The notes: generated from the letters alone by a model not told the origin. DNA of 62,860 nt, filler included, from Basidiobolus ranarum (GCA_040143965.1; 53 parts of 53 records of this genome joined end to end with filler, not necessarily neighbours in it); one strand, 5' to 3'. Shown: positions 10,020 through 22,537, counted from the whole stretch's first letter. Program-made: numbers and translations.

Positions 10020-10495
10020 AATTACCAGAAAAGGAGAATTTTAACAATTGGTGGAAATACAGGGAACTAGAGCTGGGGCTGTGTTCACAATATCTGTGGG
10101 AGTGATATGAGCTATTATTGAGGGAATTTGGACAAGTTTGAAAATTCCAATATAAAATCACCAAATCTCAGAAAACTTACCAATATATGAAATATATGTT
10201 TATATTTTGAGCTAAGTGTTATTTGACCAAGTAATGCTAACTAACTTGAGTGTAATAAATAAAATAGTTAGGTGTACAAAGATAAACAAGATAAAAAAGA
10301 TGAATTCAACAAATGGCCACACTCCCACTCCACTAAATATTCTTATAGCTTAATCCTAACTTAAATCTTAATACTTCAAGTTTTGAGTTTGGTAACAGTT
10401 TGGTAAGGCTGTCAGGAATCATGTCTCCAGTTAGACAATACTCTAATTTGATATGCTTATTTTCAATAGCATCACTAACAAAGTGATGTTGAGTA
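10020..10495 (-). mobile_element. Diverged Copia-B RNase H end, PPT and LTR
   Basis: QHHFVSDAIENKHI..DSLTKLL; PPT; sequence similar to LTR-B; left boundary approximate. Confidence 0.7.
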
Positions 10496-10631
10496 TGTTG
10501 AAATTATCATTGCCTAAACACCTGTATAGCCATATATAGCTTAGTACTTAGTTATCTTGTAATTCACTAAGATATTATCAATTATTCTCAATTGGAATTT
10601 ACTTAGAATATTTTTACCAACTTAGAAGTTC
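10496..10631 (+). repeat. Copia LTR family C (5' part), inserted in Copia-B RNase H
   Basis: TGTTGAAATTATCATTGCC start; reverse complement of 13180-13310. Confidence 0.85.
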
Positions 10632-10731
10632 NNNNNNNNNNNNNNNNNNNNNNNNNNNNNNNNNNNNNNNNNNNNTTAATTAATTAANNNNNNNNNNNNN
10701 NNNNNNNNNNNNNNNNNNNNNNNNNNNNNNN

Positions 10732-11018
10732 AAACACAACAAGATTCTTGTATTTTTTGATTCTCATTAAGGCTGGAAAACAAAGTCTAAAATATCTAAA
10801 TAGAGGCATGCATATTAATTCAAATTCCTACAGCAGTAAACCCAGTAATTTGCCATTTGAAAATTATTTTTTTGCAAGGATTGCCATATATTGAATAACA
10901 CATGCCAAATTTAAGGATCCATATTTTAACATGTATGAATACCATCAAAATACTGTCAAGAAACCACCGTTGCATCACAAAATCCCTGGCAGAATGCAAG
11001 CCACCAATATTGTGATGG
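10732..11018 (-). repeat. Repeat family G (internal part of a CACTA-ended element)
   Basis: Reverse-complement match to about 27795-28051; same-strand match to 39274-39338. Confidence 0.7.
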
Positions 11019-11822
11019 TGTAGTGGGGTAGCAATGCTACCCACTAGCAGGTTGACTTATTTCCTCTTGTAGCTTATATCATTATGGTTGCAAAACTTCT
11101 ATTTTATTATCCATATTTGACTTACACATAATTTCTGGCCATTAACATCATACCATTAGTATTATCTCCTATTATTTCAGATTTATCAGTATTAACCCAC
11201 ATTAGCCCCACTATTTTCTGGAAAATGTTACGGTCTTCCAGAACTTTCCACAAGATTCTTGGAATAGTTAATGAATGATTGAGTTTTGACCAGTCAAAAC
11301 TTGGTTTTGCCGGAACAATCCATGACTTTCTGGATTTTTCTACAACCTTCCGGAACATTCTGTGGAACACTAATCTCATGATTTATGATGATATCATAAC
11401 CCTAGATCCCCACCAATAGATTTCTCTGGAACTTTCCGGAAATTCTTGTTAGTAATCATATCTACCTTCAGAAAAGTATAAATAAGAGCCATATCTTTTC
11501 AACTAAACATCATCCTGGTTTTCAATGAACAACTACTACTTGTGATCAACCCTCATTTTCATCATTGCTTACTAGACCTTTGAACAGGAAGCTCAAGAGA
11601 GTCTACTAGAGGCGGTTACAGGCTACTCTGTGACTAGAAAGAACTTGACTGGCTCAAAGGAAGTACTGACAGGTAGGTGTTATATTTCCGATACTTTATA
11701 TTTTTTCCCTAGTTCTGTCTGCATAGGCAAGAAATATTCATACCCTTGGATAAATCACTACTATTGCATCCTTGTTCAAGACCCTGCTGGCTGAGTTTAC
11801 AGATGTTTTTGATTGGATATAC
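11019..11822 (+). mobile_element. LTR family F (602-bp LTR at 11019-11620, TGTA..TACA) plus 5' internal region
   Basis: Near-identical to 28810-29674; the empty site at 39320-39350 fixes the left boundary; TATAAATA box at about 11477. Confidence 0.75.
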
Positions 11823-11922
11823 NNNNNNNNNNNNNNNNNNNNNNNNNNNNNNNNNNNNNNNNNNNNTTAATTAATTAANNNNNNNNNNNNNNNNNNNNNN
11901 NNNNNNNNNNNNNNNNNNNNNN

Positions 11923-13013
11923 CTGTGATGGATTTAAATCCCACCGATTGTTACATACTGAGAAACAAGACTTAATTGAGTGCAGAGATGTATTTTTGAT
12001 GGCAATGGAATATCTTCCACTCAAATCACTGGTCTGTATCCAGCCAAAGTAGCAGCACTGCTTAGAAAGTGTTTAAAGAAGTTCCTGCTGTATATGAGCT
12101 TAACTCTACATCAGGCTTTAGAGCGTCCAGAATCAGAATAGTGAGAAAAGCAATGTTTGATAAATTTCTCTTCTTTCCAGGAGCATGACAGATGGGTTTT
12201 ACATCCTGTTCTGTCTGGAAGAAGGCTACTAGTTTGTAAATGGGCCTACAACAAGAAAAACATAGCTGATACAATCTCAGAATGAACCCAAGCTAAATTA
12301 GCAGCATACTATTACTACCAGACTTTGAGAGTTGATTTAGAAATAGCTTTACTCCAGTAGCAATGCTTTCCTCCATTAGATCAACTATAGTGCTCTTGAC
12401 AATTCATAATATTACTTAGAATGGATGTGATCAGCCTCTCTTGATGACCATCTAGTAACAGAGCTATAAGAAAGTTTTTCTGACCTGAAACACCCTACTG
12501 TAGTCTGTAAACTGCAAAAAATGCTATATGGACTGTTGCAATCACATGGGGAAAGGTCTAATAAGATATATGCCCATTTGGATTCACTGAATACCAACAA
12601 ACACAGTGTTGAAATTAGGTAAGTAGCAACTCAATATTTAGTAGTAGTTTATTCATTTTCTGTTTATTTAGCACTCAACTCTGTCATTGAAATATGTGTC
12701 TTTATTGCTCTGATTGATTGAAATATCAATTTGATCACTTTTACCAATTTTCACTATTTTCTCAAAAGTTCTTGAAATCATCTCAAGCTTGCACCCATGC
12801 TTTACAAGCATGTTGGTATTGATCTAAGCACATCCAATAGCCCTATTTCATGGAAAACTATAAATAGTACATATTCAATTCAATAAAACTTAAGTGTCTA
12901 ATTCACCAATCCAAATCTGGTCCAAAACTCTTCCAAATCCCTCAAACACTGATATCACCCAGCAGATCACAGTATTTTGATGTAAACAGGCCAAAATAGG
13001 ATCTATATGTCAG
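11923..13013 (+). mobile_element. Highly decayed Copia pol with a solo LTR-A at 12607-12957
   Basis: VCKLQKMLYGL remnant; the LTR is flanked by a near-perfect 5-bp TSD (CACAG/CCCAG). Confidence 0.8.
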
Positions 13014-13113
13014 NNNNNNNNNNNNNNNNNNNNNNNNNNNNNNNNNNNNNNNNNNNNTTAATTAATTAANNNNNNNNNNNNNNNNNNNNNNNNNNNNNNN
13101 NNNNNNNNNNNNN

Positions 13114-13310
13114 CAGCAACATGTGTGCAAAGTTTGGGGCTTCTAGCACAAGTTTGAAAAATCTATATATCTGAGAACTTCTAAGTTGGTAAAAATATTC
13201 TAAGTAAATTCCAATTGAGAATAAGTGATAATATCTTAGTGAATTATAAGATAACTAAGTACTAAGCTATATATGACTATATAGGTGTTTAGGCAATGCT
13301 AATTTCAGTA
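13114..13310 (-). repeat. Copia LTR family C, 3' LTR (partial)
   Basis: Follows the PPT TAGTTGAGGGAGAG; matches 43279-43624. Confidence 0.85.
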
Positions 13311-13321
13311 CTCTCCCTCAA

Positions 13322-14204
13322 CTAAATAGTCATATAAATTAATCCTAATAAAGGTCTAAATTTCTCAAATTTCTGTATAGCTAATGGCTTGGTTAGTATA
13401 TCAGCAATCATGTCTTCGGTAGAACAATAATTTAAGTCAATAAACTTATTCTCTATAGTCTCTATAATGAAGTGATGCTTAATATCTATATGTTTGCTTC
13501 GATTATGAAATGTGGGATTTTTAGCTAATTTGATACAACTTTGATGATCTTGAAATATTGAAGTTGGTGTGTTTTGAGAATAACCCAAATCTGTTAAGAG
13601 TTTTCTTAGCCATATTGCTTCTTTTGTTGCTTCACAGGCAGCCATGTATTCAGCTTCTGTTGTGGAAGGTGCTACAGTAGGTTGTTTCTTTGAATTCCAA
13701 GAAATAGCTCCATTATAGCAAAGAAATAAGTATCCTGTTGTAGATCTCCTGTCTTCAATATCTCTTCCCCAATTTGCATCTGAATATCCCATCAGATCAA
13801 AGTTTGATCCAGAATATGTGTATTTTAAGCATAGATCCACAGTACCTTTCAAATATCTGAAAATCCGCTTAACTGCTATGATTTGATCAGATCCATAATT
13901 TTGAAGATATTGGCACATAACTCCCACAGAATATGCAATATCTGGCCGTGTTCCAACCATGATATACATCAAACTACCAACCATAGATTGATAAGGAAAT
14001 TTCTGGCTTTCATTTGAATCCAAGAATGTCTGATTTGAGCCATTTTTGGTCAAGTTAAGATTTGTCTCCATTGGGGTAGATACTGGATTACATTCTTCCA
14101 TTTTAAACTTCTTTAGTATATCTAGGATATACTTAGACTGGTTTAAAGTTATTGTTTTGGTAGTTCTATCTATCTTAATTTGGATTCCAAGATAGTATGT
14201 TGTA
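13322..14204 (-). mobile_element. Ty1/Copia RT C-terminus and RNase H (family C), open frame
   Basis: [58 protein letters not shown]. Confidence 0.95.
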
Positions 14205-14304
14205 NNNNNNNNNNNNNNNNNNNNNNNNNNNNNNNNNNNNNNNNNNNNTTAATTAATTAANNNNNNNNNNNNNNNNNNNNNNNNNNNNNNNNNNNNNNNN
14301 NNNN

Positions 14305-14424
14305 CCACGAGCCAGAACCAGTTTTGGTGGCTCTGGTGTTGCCTCTACTAGTTGGTGCAGCCTGACTAAAGCTATTGCACATGAGAGCATAGCAGCCGAG
14401 TGAAAGAAGATTGTTAAAATGCAT
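14305..14424 (-). CDS. N-terminus of a small secreted Ser/Trp-repeat protein (copy 2)
   Basis: MHFNNLLSLGCYALMCNSFSQA-APTSRGNTRATKTGSGSW.. with a signal-peptide-like start; the DNA matches 15324-15395. Confidence 0.7.
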
Positions 14425-15113
14425 GGTTGAGTGTAGTTGGAAGTCTTGAATGCTCAGTATCGTGGTATTGTTGTCGCCCTAGTCCTCACTTATAAATGTT
14501 TGCCTATGATACGATTCAATGAGGCGAAGCAGATAGTTGCATGTGGTTTGAGCGGAATGGATTGATTCCTAATCAAAACCGGTAAACTAAGCCTAATTTT
14601 TCAAGAGGAAAAGTAGTAAGGGGATGGGAACAGGCGGCATCCAAGTAGGCAGAGTGATCGCTATTAATTTGGCAGATACTGTTAATTCGTAGTGCATCGA
14701 ATCAAGTTATCTATCTCACTTAGAGGAAATCCATGAGTTTGGAGTTAAAAGCACATTTTACATGACAATAATGGTTGAGATGATTCGTATACCATCATGT
14801 TACCTGGTTAGGTTACTAAAATATGATAAAAGAATCACTAGCTACTAGTAATCTCTATAACGCAATACTCTAAGGCTTAGTAAACTAACTCCGCGCTTTT
14901 TAGTACTCCAATCAGTGCTGATGATTCAGAAATTGGGAATATAATTAACTGCGAGTTTTGTAGTATTTCAATGGTACTCTTTATTATGTAATAAATGATT
15001 TGATGAGTAGGTACAATTAGTACCTATGCCTAGTAGCAGTTGATCTCTCAACATCCAGATGTCATAAACAAATAATTGAAGTGGACAGAAGAGGGAGGTG
15101 AAATGGTATTAGC

Positions 15114-15395
15114 TCAGTATGCCGTGGGTGTGGGTCTTGAATGGGTAGATCTGCGAAGGGACCAAGAGCTAGACCATGAGGAGGAGGACCAGCTGTATGC
15201 CCAAGAGGAGGATTTGCCATTGTTGGTGTAATGAGTTGGTCTGGCTGCAGATGACCAAGAAGACGACCAGGATGAAGTCCAAGAGCTGGCGGGAGATGAC
15301 CAAGAAGATGACCAGGATGAGCTCCACGAACCAGAGCCCGTTTTGGTGGCTCTGTTATTGCCTCTACTAGTTGGTGCAGCCGGGCCAAAGTTATT
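15114..15395 (-). CDS. Secreted Ser/Trp-repeat protein (copy 1), 5' end cut by the contig edge
   Basis: In the frame set by the ATG of copy 2: NNFGPAAPTSRGNNRATKTGSGSWSSSWSSSWSSPASSWTSSWSSSWSSAARPTHYTNNGKSSSWAYSWSSSSWSSSWSLRRSTHSRPTPTAY*. Confidence 0.7.
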   Translation of the reverse strand, partial: NNFGPAAPTSRGNNRATKTGSGSWSSSWSSSWSSPASSWTSSWSSSWSSAARPTHYTNNGKSSSWAYSWSSSSWSSSWSLRRSTHSRPTPTAY

Positions 15396-17683
15396 NNNNN
15401 NNNNNNNNNNNNNNNNNNNNNNNNNNNNNNNNNNNNNNNTTAATTAATTAANNNNNNNNNNNNNNNNNNNNNNNNNNNNNNNNNNNNNNNNNNNNCATTC
15501 CACTAATTTCCATTGTTGACAAACCATTTTTACCTTTGTTACTCCATCCCACTCCACTTAATAGTGTCTTAGATTCTACTGACTTAACTTTTCTGCTTTG
15601 CAACATACATACCAATACTCCTGATCTCCATACATTAGTTAAGAAACTACAAAAGTAGTTATGGCTTCTTTGTTTTGTTTGAAATAAAGATTTCACCTGT
15701 TGGTGACTGTCCCCCCCCCTAACCCATATGATATCACCATCAGCCTTTTAACTGCTTTTGATCTGCTCGAATTCAGTTCTTCAGCTGCGATTATAGTATA
15801 TCGTTAGGATTGATGATCCAATACGATATTAACAAAGTGAAAGTAATAACATGCAAAATCCACGATTGCCAGAGCTCAGCTGATTGGCCGGTCATAGTAT
15901 TTATATACTAAGATCCTGCAAAGAAGAGTAGAGTTAGGGTTAGGGCTAACGGCCATCTTACCCGCGTAGGTGAATTTCTCTCCCAGTCTATGTGATCAAA
16001 ATTCAAAGATGATTGTATCCACCTGTCACTGGGTGCTTACGACTTAAAGCAATATGCTTAATCTAGCTTGAACAGAGTACAACCGTTATGTTACCTACAA
16101 TACCGAGTGTTCCATATAGTGTATAGTGGTATAAATCACATATAAGGTTTTGAGTAATTAGTTATCAGTAGCGATAAATTCCCTAAATGTTTCACGTTAA
16201 GTCAGCAGAAGCTGTAATTTCACTCTTCATTTGAGCTATGAATACATTTAAAATAGTAAATTACATATCCCTAATGTAATTGAGCATCACATCTACAAAA
16301 AGAATTTGTTTTGAGAGGGCTTGGTCAATACACGACAACAACTATTGCGAAGGCAATTGTTTCCATTTTAACGGTTAATCGCCATTCTTGTGGCACAAAC
16401 CACGATATGTTCTGAATGGTGTAGGCTTTGGTAAGTAACCTGGCTCCGAGTATACAAATAACTAGAATGTTACGCTATCAAACATAAATGACCACTGGAC
16501 TTGTAATCTTCCAAGTTCGCAAAAACCCACACTTTACGTGGTGCCTAGACTACTCAAAGTACTTATCTATTCCCATTCAGTATTTGNNNNNNNNNNNNNN
16601 NNNNNNNNNNNNNNNNNNNNNNNNNNNNNNTTAATTAATTAANNNNNNNNNNNNNNNNNNNNNNNNNNNNNNNNNNNNNNNNNNNNAGTTACTCAGGACT
16701 TCTTACTGGGGTTTTGGAACGCTTGTGTTTGGTCTCTCAGTGGGTAAGTGATTTTCTTTTATATGTGATTGCATTCTCATGGTTGCAGCCTAATTAATGA
16801 AATGTTTGTGGCGACTTGGCTTTGGTCAGTACTGATTCAATCGGAGTTACTTTTGCTAAACCCTAATATAAACACCTTGTCTCTCGCAAATGGCAACCAA
16901 TTCATATTAGCACCATTCATGTGATCCTTTAATACGGCCAACTAGTCATAGTAATACCTTTCTACCTATCCCAGGTAAGATCTAGTTGTGACATTACCTA
17001 ATATCTGGATAAAGTTCCATAACTTCATTGGATATTAATATGTTAGGTGGATATCCTCATCATGCTATATATCTATTTTGGCAGACCTTAGAGCATGAAA
17101 TGGGTACAATGTAGGAATGTAGAATTGTTTACTACGACACAATTTTAAGCTGAAACACACACAGATTCAAAGGTCAACATAATGGGTTTCAAGAATTCAT
17201 TCACTACGGTTTGTGCAAACTCCGCTTGATCTCAAAGTGGATGAGTGTTATCTTTTTATGTGATTTTATTCTAATGATTTTCAATTAAAGATTGCAAGCA
17301 TTAAACAGATCCACATAATATTTGTGATTATCTGCTGCGAATCAAATATTGAGCTATAACATCACTAGTACTAGTCAAACTTGTGAGCGTCAATCCTAAA
17401 TTGAAACATGTAGTCTTTTACAAATTCAAAACTCAATCGAAAAAATGTTGCCATTTTGATGAACTCGAATATTCACAGTAATAATATTTCACTAGTAAAA
17501 AATAACCTCTCGAAATAACTGTATTAGATGATGTAGATATTACGAAATAGCTATGACTCGTTAATACTTTTATTGAGAGAGTACTACTGAAGCAGTACAC
17601 GAAATCAACAATAAAAGAACCTAAATGTCTTCAGAATATAGCCCATATGTAGGCATTGGCAACTACAGTGACTAGTAATGATC

Positions 17684-17776
17684 CTAGTACGATCTGCCAT
17701 ATCTTCTACCAGAGCCGTATCTTCTGTAGCGGTCGTAGCCATATCTTCTATAGCGGTCATAGTCATGTCTTCTGTA
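17684..17776 (-). CDS. C-terminus of a Tyr/Arg/Gly repeat protein
   Basis: 24-nt tandem repeat reading YRRHDYDRYRRYGYDRYRRYGSGRRYGRSY*; frame inferred. Confidence 0.45.
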   Translation of the reverse strand, partial: YRRHDYDRYRRYGYDRYRRYGSGRRYGRSY

Positions 17777-17877
17777 GNNNNNNNNNNNNNNNNNNNNNNN
17801 NNNNNNNNNNNNNNNNNNNNNTTAATTAATTAANNNNNNNNNNNNNNNNNNNNNNNNNNNNNNNNNNNNNNNNNNNN

Positions 17878-18967
17878 CATCCAGAAGTAAAAATAAGCCA
17901 GGAAACTGGTGGAACACTTCCAATGATGATGTATATGCTTATGTAGCATTTTGTGACAAACCACAGACTCTGGAGCAAACTCTGGAGTGTCCATACCCAA
18001 AATTATTGGAAAAAACAGTGTCAGATGAGTTTTCGTCACTTCTGGACAATAAAACATGGGTTTCAAGTCCTCTTCCATCAGGGAGAAAGCCAATAGGTTG
18101 CAATTGGGTCTAAAAAGCCAAAAACTGAGCTGATGGAACCATAGAATGGTACAAAGTAAGATTAGTTCCAAAGGCTATTACCAGACTCCAGGAGTTAATT
18201 TTAATGAAATTTTTGCTCCAGTAGCTAAGTTTAGCTCCATTGGATTAATCCTAGCACTCTCAGCCATATAAACCTTGATCTACAGCAAATGGATTTAAAA
18301 ACAGCCTCTCTGAATGGAAATCTAGAAGAGATCTATATGGAGCAATCAGATGGATTTGTTGACCCAAATCATACTGCTATTGTCTGTAAACTGCAAAAAG
18401 TGCTAAACGGACTCAAGCAAGCACCAAGGGCATGGTACAATGAGATAGATACCTATTTGGAATCACCAGAATTCCAAAAATGCACAGCAGATCACAGTAT
18501 TTACATCAAAACAACCGGAAATAGGTCTTTATCTTGGCACTATAAGTAGATGACATCATCATTGCCACAAATGATCTAGAAGCACTTAATCAGACAAAAA
18601 ACAGCTTATCAAACCATTTTCACATGCCTGATATGGGTAAATTGAGTTATTTTCTTGGAGTCCAAATAAGAGTGATAAGCCTAATCCAAAAATCAAGGTG
18701 AATCAGTCTAGATACATTCTAGATGTCCTAAAAAGATTCAACATCAAGAATAGCAAGCCTGTATCAACACCATTGGATCCCAAAGTGAAACAGATTAAAA
18801 TATCATCCAATTTGGCCCAAAATGACTCAAATCAAAGCCAGGAGTTCCCTTATCAATCCATGGTGGGTAGTTCAATGTAAATAAAGTTTGGAACACATCC
18901 AGATATTGCTGTGGCAGTTGGAACTGTCAGCCAATATCTCAAAAATACATGATTGGATCACAAAACT
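17878..18967 (+). mobile_element. Ty1/Copia reverse transcriptase, degenerate
   Basis: KGYYQTPG, QMDLKTA, GLKQAPRAW and YQSMVGS, with stops and frameshifts. Confidence 0.9.
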
Positions 18968-19067
18968 NNNNNNNNNNNNNNNNNNNNNNNNNNNNNNNNN
19001 NNNNNNNNNNNTTAATTAATTAANNNNNNNNNNNNNNNNNNNNNNNNNNNNNNNNNNNNNNNNNNNN

Positions 19068-19283
19068 GTTATAGGACCCAGCCATGGTAATTGACAGATC
19101 ACACCAGATGGTGTACTAGCAGGCTGGATCGAGCAGCACAATCTGAACTGGTCTGATGGAACAAGTCTAGTGTCTGATTGGGTGTTAGAGGACCCAGCCA
19201 TGGTAATTGACAGATCGCGCCAGATGGTGTACTAGTAGGCTGGATTGAGCAGCACAATCTGACCTGGTCCAATGAACAAGTCT
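19068..19283 (-). mobile_element. Two tandem ends of a Harbinger-like element (one copy inserted in another)
   Basis: Direct repeats of about 100 bp, each ending GAACAAGTCT (19168 and 19283) and followed by AGT and AAT; reverse complement of 28052-28170. Confidence 0.75.
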
Positions 19284-20257
19284 AATAGTGTGTTGCTTAA
19301 TCCATGTGAAGAGCAAAGACTTAAAAAGTCTCTTGAACAGTATTCCCCACCATGATTGTTCTACTGTACCCTTTTTTTTGTGCAGAATACTTCTCTACTG
19401 TTGCTTTGTAGAGCTTGAACACAGCTAAGATGTCAGATTGTGTTTTGACAAAGATTACCAAATAGTAACTTTTTTGATATGAAGAAAGGTCATAAAGTAC
19501 TTTTTGCTAGCCAGTGAGACATTTTTCATGGGCCCACATAGATCAGAATAAGCAAGGGCAGAATTCTGGGTAGATTGGATTACCTCCAGGGCCTGAAACC
19601 TGATTTCTGTGAAGTTTTCAATACATGCATCTTTGACATCAATCCAATTTAGTTATATTTTCAATTTCTAAGCCTGGAACAAGCTGAATTTGGATCATTT
19701 TGGTTGGTTTTTGGTCCCCAATGTGGCCCAATCTTCTATGCCATGTTGAACAGCTTAATTTCCCAGTTTTTGCCAAGTTTGCATGCTCAGAATGTATTTT
19801 GTTTATATATAGCCCATATAAGCTTTGTGTTTTGATCCCAGTAGCTAAATTGTTATTATTTTAATTTGTGATAGAACATGCAGCCTGACTGAACACAAAA
19901 TTGTTTATATATTTGGCTCATAGAGTAAATCTACAAATTCTGCAAGTGGTGTAGCTGAATTTTGATCCATATTGAGCACATCTGTGGCCTTACCAACTGT
20001 AACTAGTGCATATTTATCACCTAAGTGGAGTTTCCTTATTTGGATGGGTTTAAGCTGCAAAAACAATCTTTCTTGTTTTACATATGTTGGGAAGCTTCCA
20101 AATCAATGTACCATGCTTCTGAGTCTCCCTTAATGGTTACTGATAGGGCAGCCACAANNNNNNNNNNNNNNNNNNNNNNNNNNNNNNNNNNNNNNNNNNN
20201 NTTAATTAATTAANNNNNNNNNNNNNNNNNNNNNNNNNNNNNNNNNNNNNNNNNNNN

Positions 20258-20437
20258 AATAGAGCTAGCTTGTGACCAGATCTGACTGAAGGGAAGACAA
20301 GGCTCATTGCCAGTCACGATGGAGAGCAGTGATTGTTTGCATGTATCCGAGAGTTGTCCAAATGCTGTATCTACAGGGGCAGCATTAGTAGATAGTAGAG
20401 AGGCAGCAATCAAGGCAATAAATAGACTGAATTTCAT
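20258..20437 (-). CDS. Secreted Cys-containing protein, N-terminus
   Basis: Signal peptide MKFSLFIALIAASLLSTNA-AP followed by LSDTC..EPCLP. Confidence 0.75.
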
Positions 20438-21022
20438 GTTGGAAAGTAGTAAGTAAAACTCAGTATTTGATCGTGTAGTGTTAAGTCAGTGACTATTGAA
20501 ATGTTGTTCTAATGACAAAGAAATGGATAATCCATTTATAGTGTCAGTAGTTTAAGCGCTTGATGAGCCCATTCCAAGTTAAGCGAACAGCAAATTAGGC
20601 TGATTCTATAGAAATATGGGCTACGAAACTTTGTTTCAATAAAAACCTTATCATGACGTAAGTGTTCTTTCTTTTATTAAGCTAAGATACGATGGCATGG
20701 CATGTAATCTTGGCAATTTATTAAGAGTCTTTTTGATATAATTGGTTTGCATATCGAAATCCCACAATTGACCATTTACCTTCCTTGAACACTTTAATCT
20801 GATTACGTTAAGGAAAACCCTGGGATAGATATAGCTAGTATAATGTTGTAGTTTTGCATTTAACATATCACCGAGTCAGTATTTCGGGTACAGGTGATAC
20901 AGTGCTTATGTTTTGTAAGATCTTTTATTATTGAGTATATGGCTGAAATGTGAATATGGTTTTAATGATATAAAATACGTGATGTGGATGTTAACCAACC
21001 AAATGCATGGGCAAAATACGAG

Positions 21023-21346
21023 CTATGAGAAATTACATCTTTCTTTTACTTGGGGAACATCTGTCATATTTGCAAATAGATCTGAGTAACTGTCAGAGTA
21101 CTGGTCATAAACCTTCACCCAGTTTTGGACACATTCGGTGCATAGTTTATCATCTGGAATATCTTGTAGGTCCACATCTTGATGGTCCTTTAGTTCGTCT
21201 CCCTCTACAATAAGGCAGTATTGCTGCTGTGAGTTCTGGGCACACTCGATAGCTACCAATGGTTCGTAGTTCTTGAATGCATACTCGAGTATCTTGACCA
21301 CTATCTGTGAAGAGTCTTCAGAGCAATCAGTTTGAACTTTGGTAGC
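21023..21346 (-). CDS. Cys-rich protein, C-terminus (possible tandem paralog of the gene at 20437)
   Basis: Open from the contig edge: VQTDCS..YAFKNYEPLVAIEC..QQYC..KLCTECVQNW..KERCNFS*. Confidence 0.7.
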   Translation of the reverse strand, partial: ATKVQTDCSEDSSQIVVKILEYAFKNYEPLVAIECAQNSQQQYCLIVEGDELKDHQDVDLQDIPDDKLCTECVQNWVKVYDQYSDSYSDLFANMTDVPQVKERCNFS

Positions 21347-21447
21347 TNNNNNNNNNNNNNNNNNNNNNNNNNNNNNNNNNNNNNNNNNNNNTTAATTAAT
21401 TAANNNNNNNNNNNNNNNNNNNNNNNNNNNNNNNNNNNNNNNNNNNN

Positions 21448-22167
21448 GATACCTGTGCTTGGGTGAAGAATCCAAGACATCAGCCCTATGGCCTGCTACA
21501 GCCACTTGCAATTCCTGATCAGCAGTGGAAATCCATATCCCTGGAATTTATAACTGATCTACCCTTGTCTGCCAAATATGATTCAATTCTGGTAATTGTT
21601 GACCATCTAATAAAGATGGCCCACTTTGTGCCCTGCAACAAGTCAATTGATGCAAAACAAACAGCAGAATTGGTAACTCAAAACATCTTCCACCTACATG
21701 GACTCCCTGAAACTATCATCTCTGACCAAGGACCTCAGTTTGCTTCCAAATTCTGGAAAAGTCTGCTCCATACCTTGGGTATCTCTGCCAATCTCTCCAC
21801 TGCCTTCCATACCTAATCTGATGGCAAAACAGAAAGAGTCAATTAAGTTTTGGAACAATATTAGCAATTTACTATCAACTATAATCAACATAATTGGACA
21901 CAACTCTTGCCTCTTGCTGAATTTGCTTACAACAACTCTTATCATACCTCAACAAAGCAAACTCCTTTCTTTGCAAATTATGGATTCCATTCTTGTTTCA
22001 CAATTCATCCACCATCCAATCTACCTTACCATGCTGCCTCAGACCATGCCACTTTCCTCAAGGACATCCATAAACAATAAATATCTAAGTCAGAGCATGC
22101 TCAATCCCAATACAAGAACTTTGTTTATAAGAAAAGAAAGCCAAGCCCAGATCTCAAGCCAGAAGAT
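21448..22167 (+). mobile_element. Ty3/Gypsy integrase, degenerate
   Basis: [65 protein letters not shown]. Confidence 0.92.
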
Positions 22168-22537
22168 TGTTGAAGTTCATTGTTTTTATCATATTTGTTA
22201 TCTCTATCTTTATACACCTAACTATTTCCTATATCACATATAAGTTAGTTAACATTACTCAGTCAAATATCACTTGGAACATAAATTATATATATGATTA
22301 ATGTGAGAATTAGCAATTCCATATTGGAAATTTCAAACTCATCCAAATTACCCCAAAAATAGCTCATTTTACTCCCACAGATGTTCTGAACACAACACCA
22401 GTGTTAGTTTTCTGTATTTCCATCAAAATGTATAAATGCTTTATATCTGGACAATAAACAATTATCTCACAAAGCTATCCACAACTCCACTTTTCTAAAG
22501 TTCCTCCAAACAGCCCATATTTTCCCATTAGGTTATG
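22168..22537 (+). repeat. Copia LTR-B (5' LTR, 22168-22530) with PBS start, inserted in the Gypsy integrase
   Basis: TGTTGAAG start, followed at the LTR end by GGTTATG. Confidence 0.88.

Noticed and set aside
15062-15388. ORF-track proteins of 108 aa (minus, Pro/His/Leu-rich) and 64 aa (plus)
   Set aside because: Shadow frames; the paralog's ATG and signal peptide point to the Ser/Trp frame.
15933-15945. TTAGGGTTAGGG telomere-like motif
   Set aside because: Only two units, internal to the contig.
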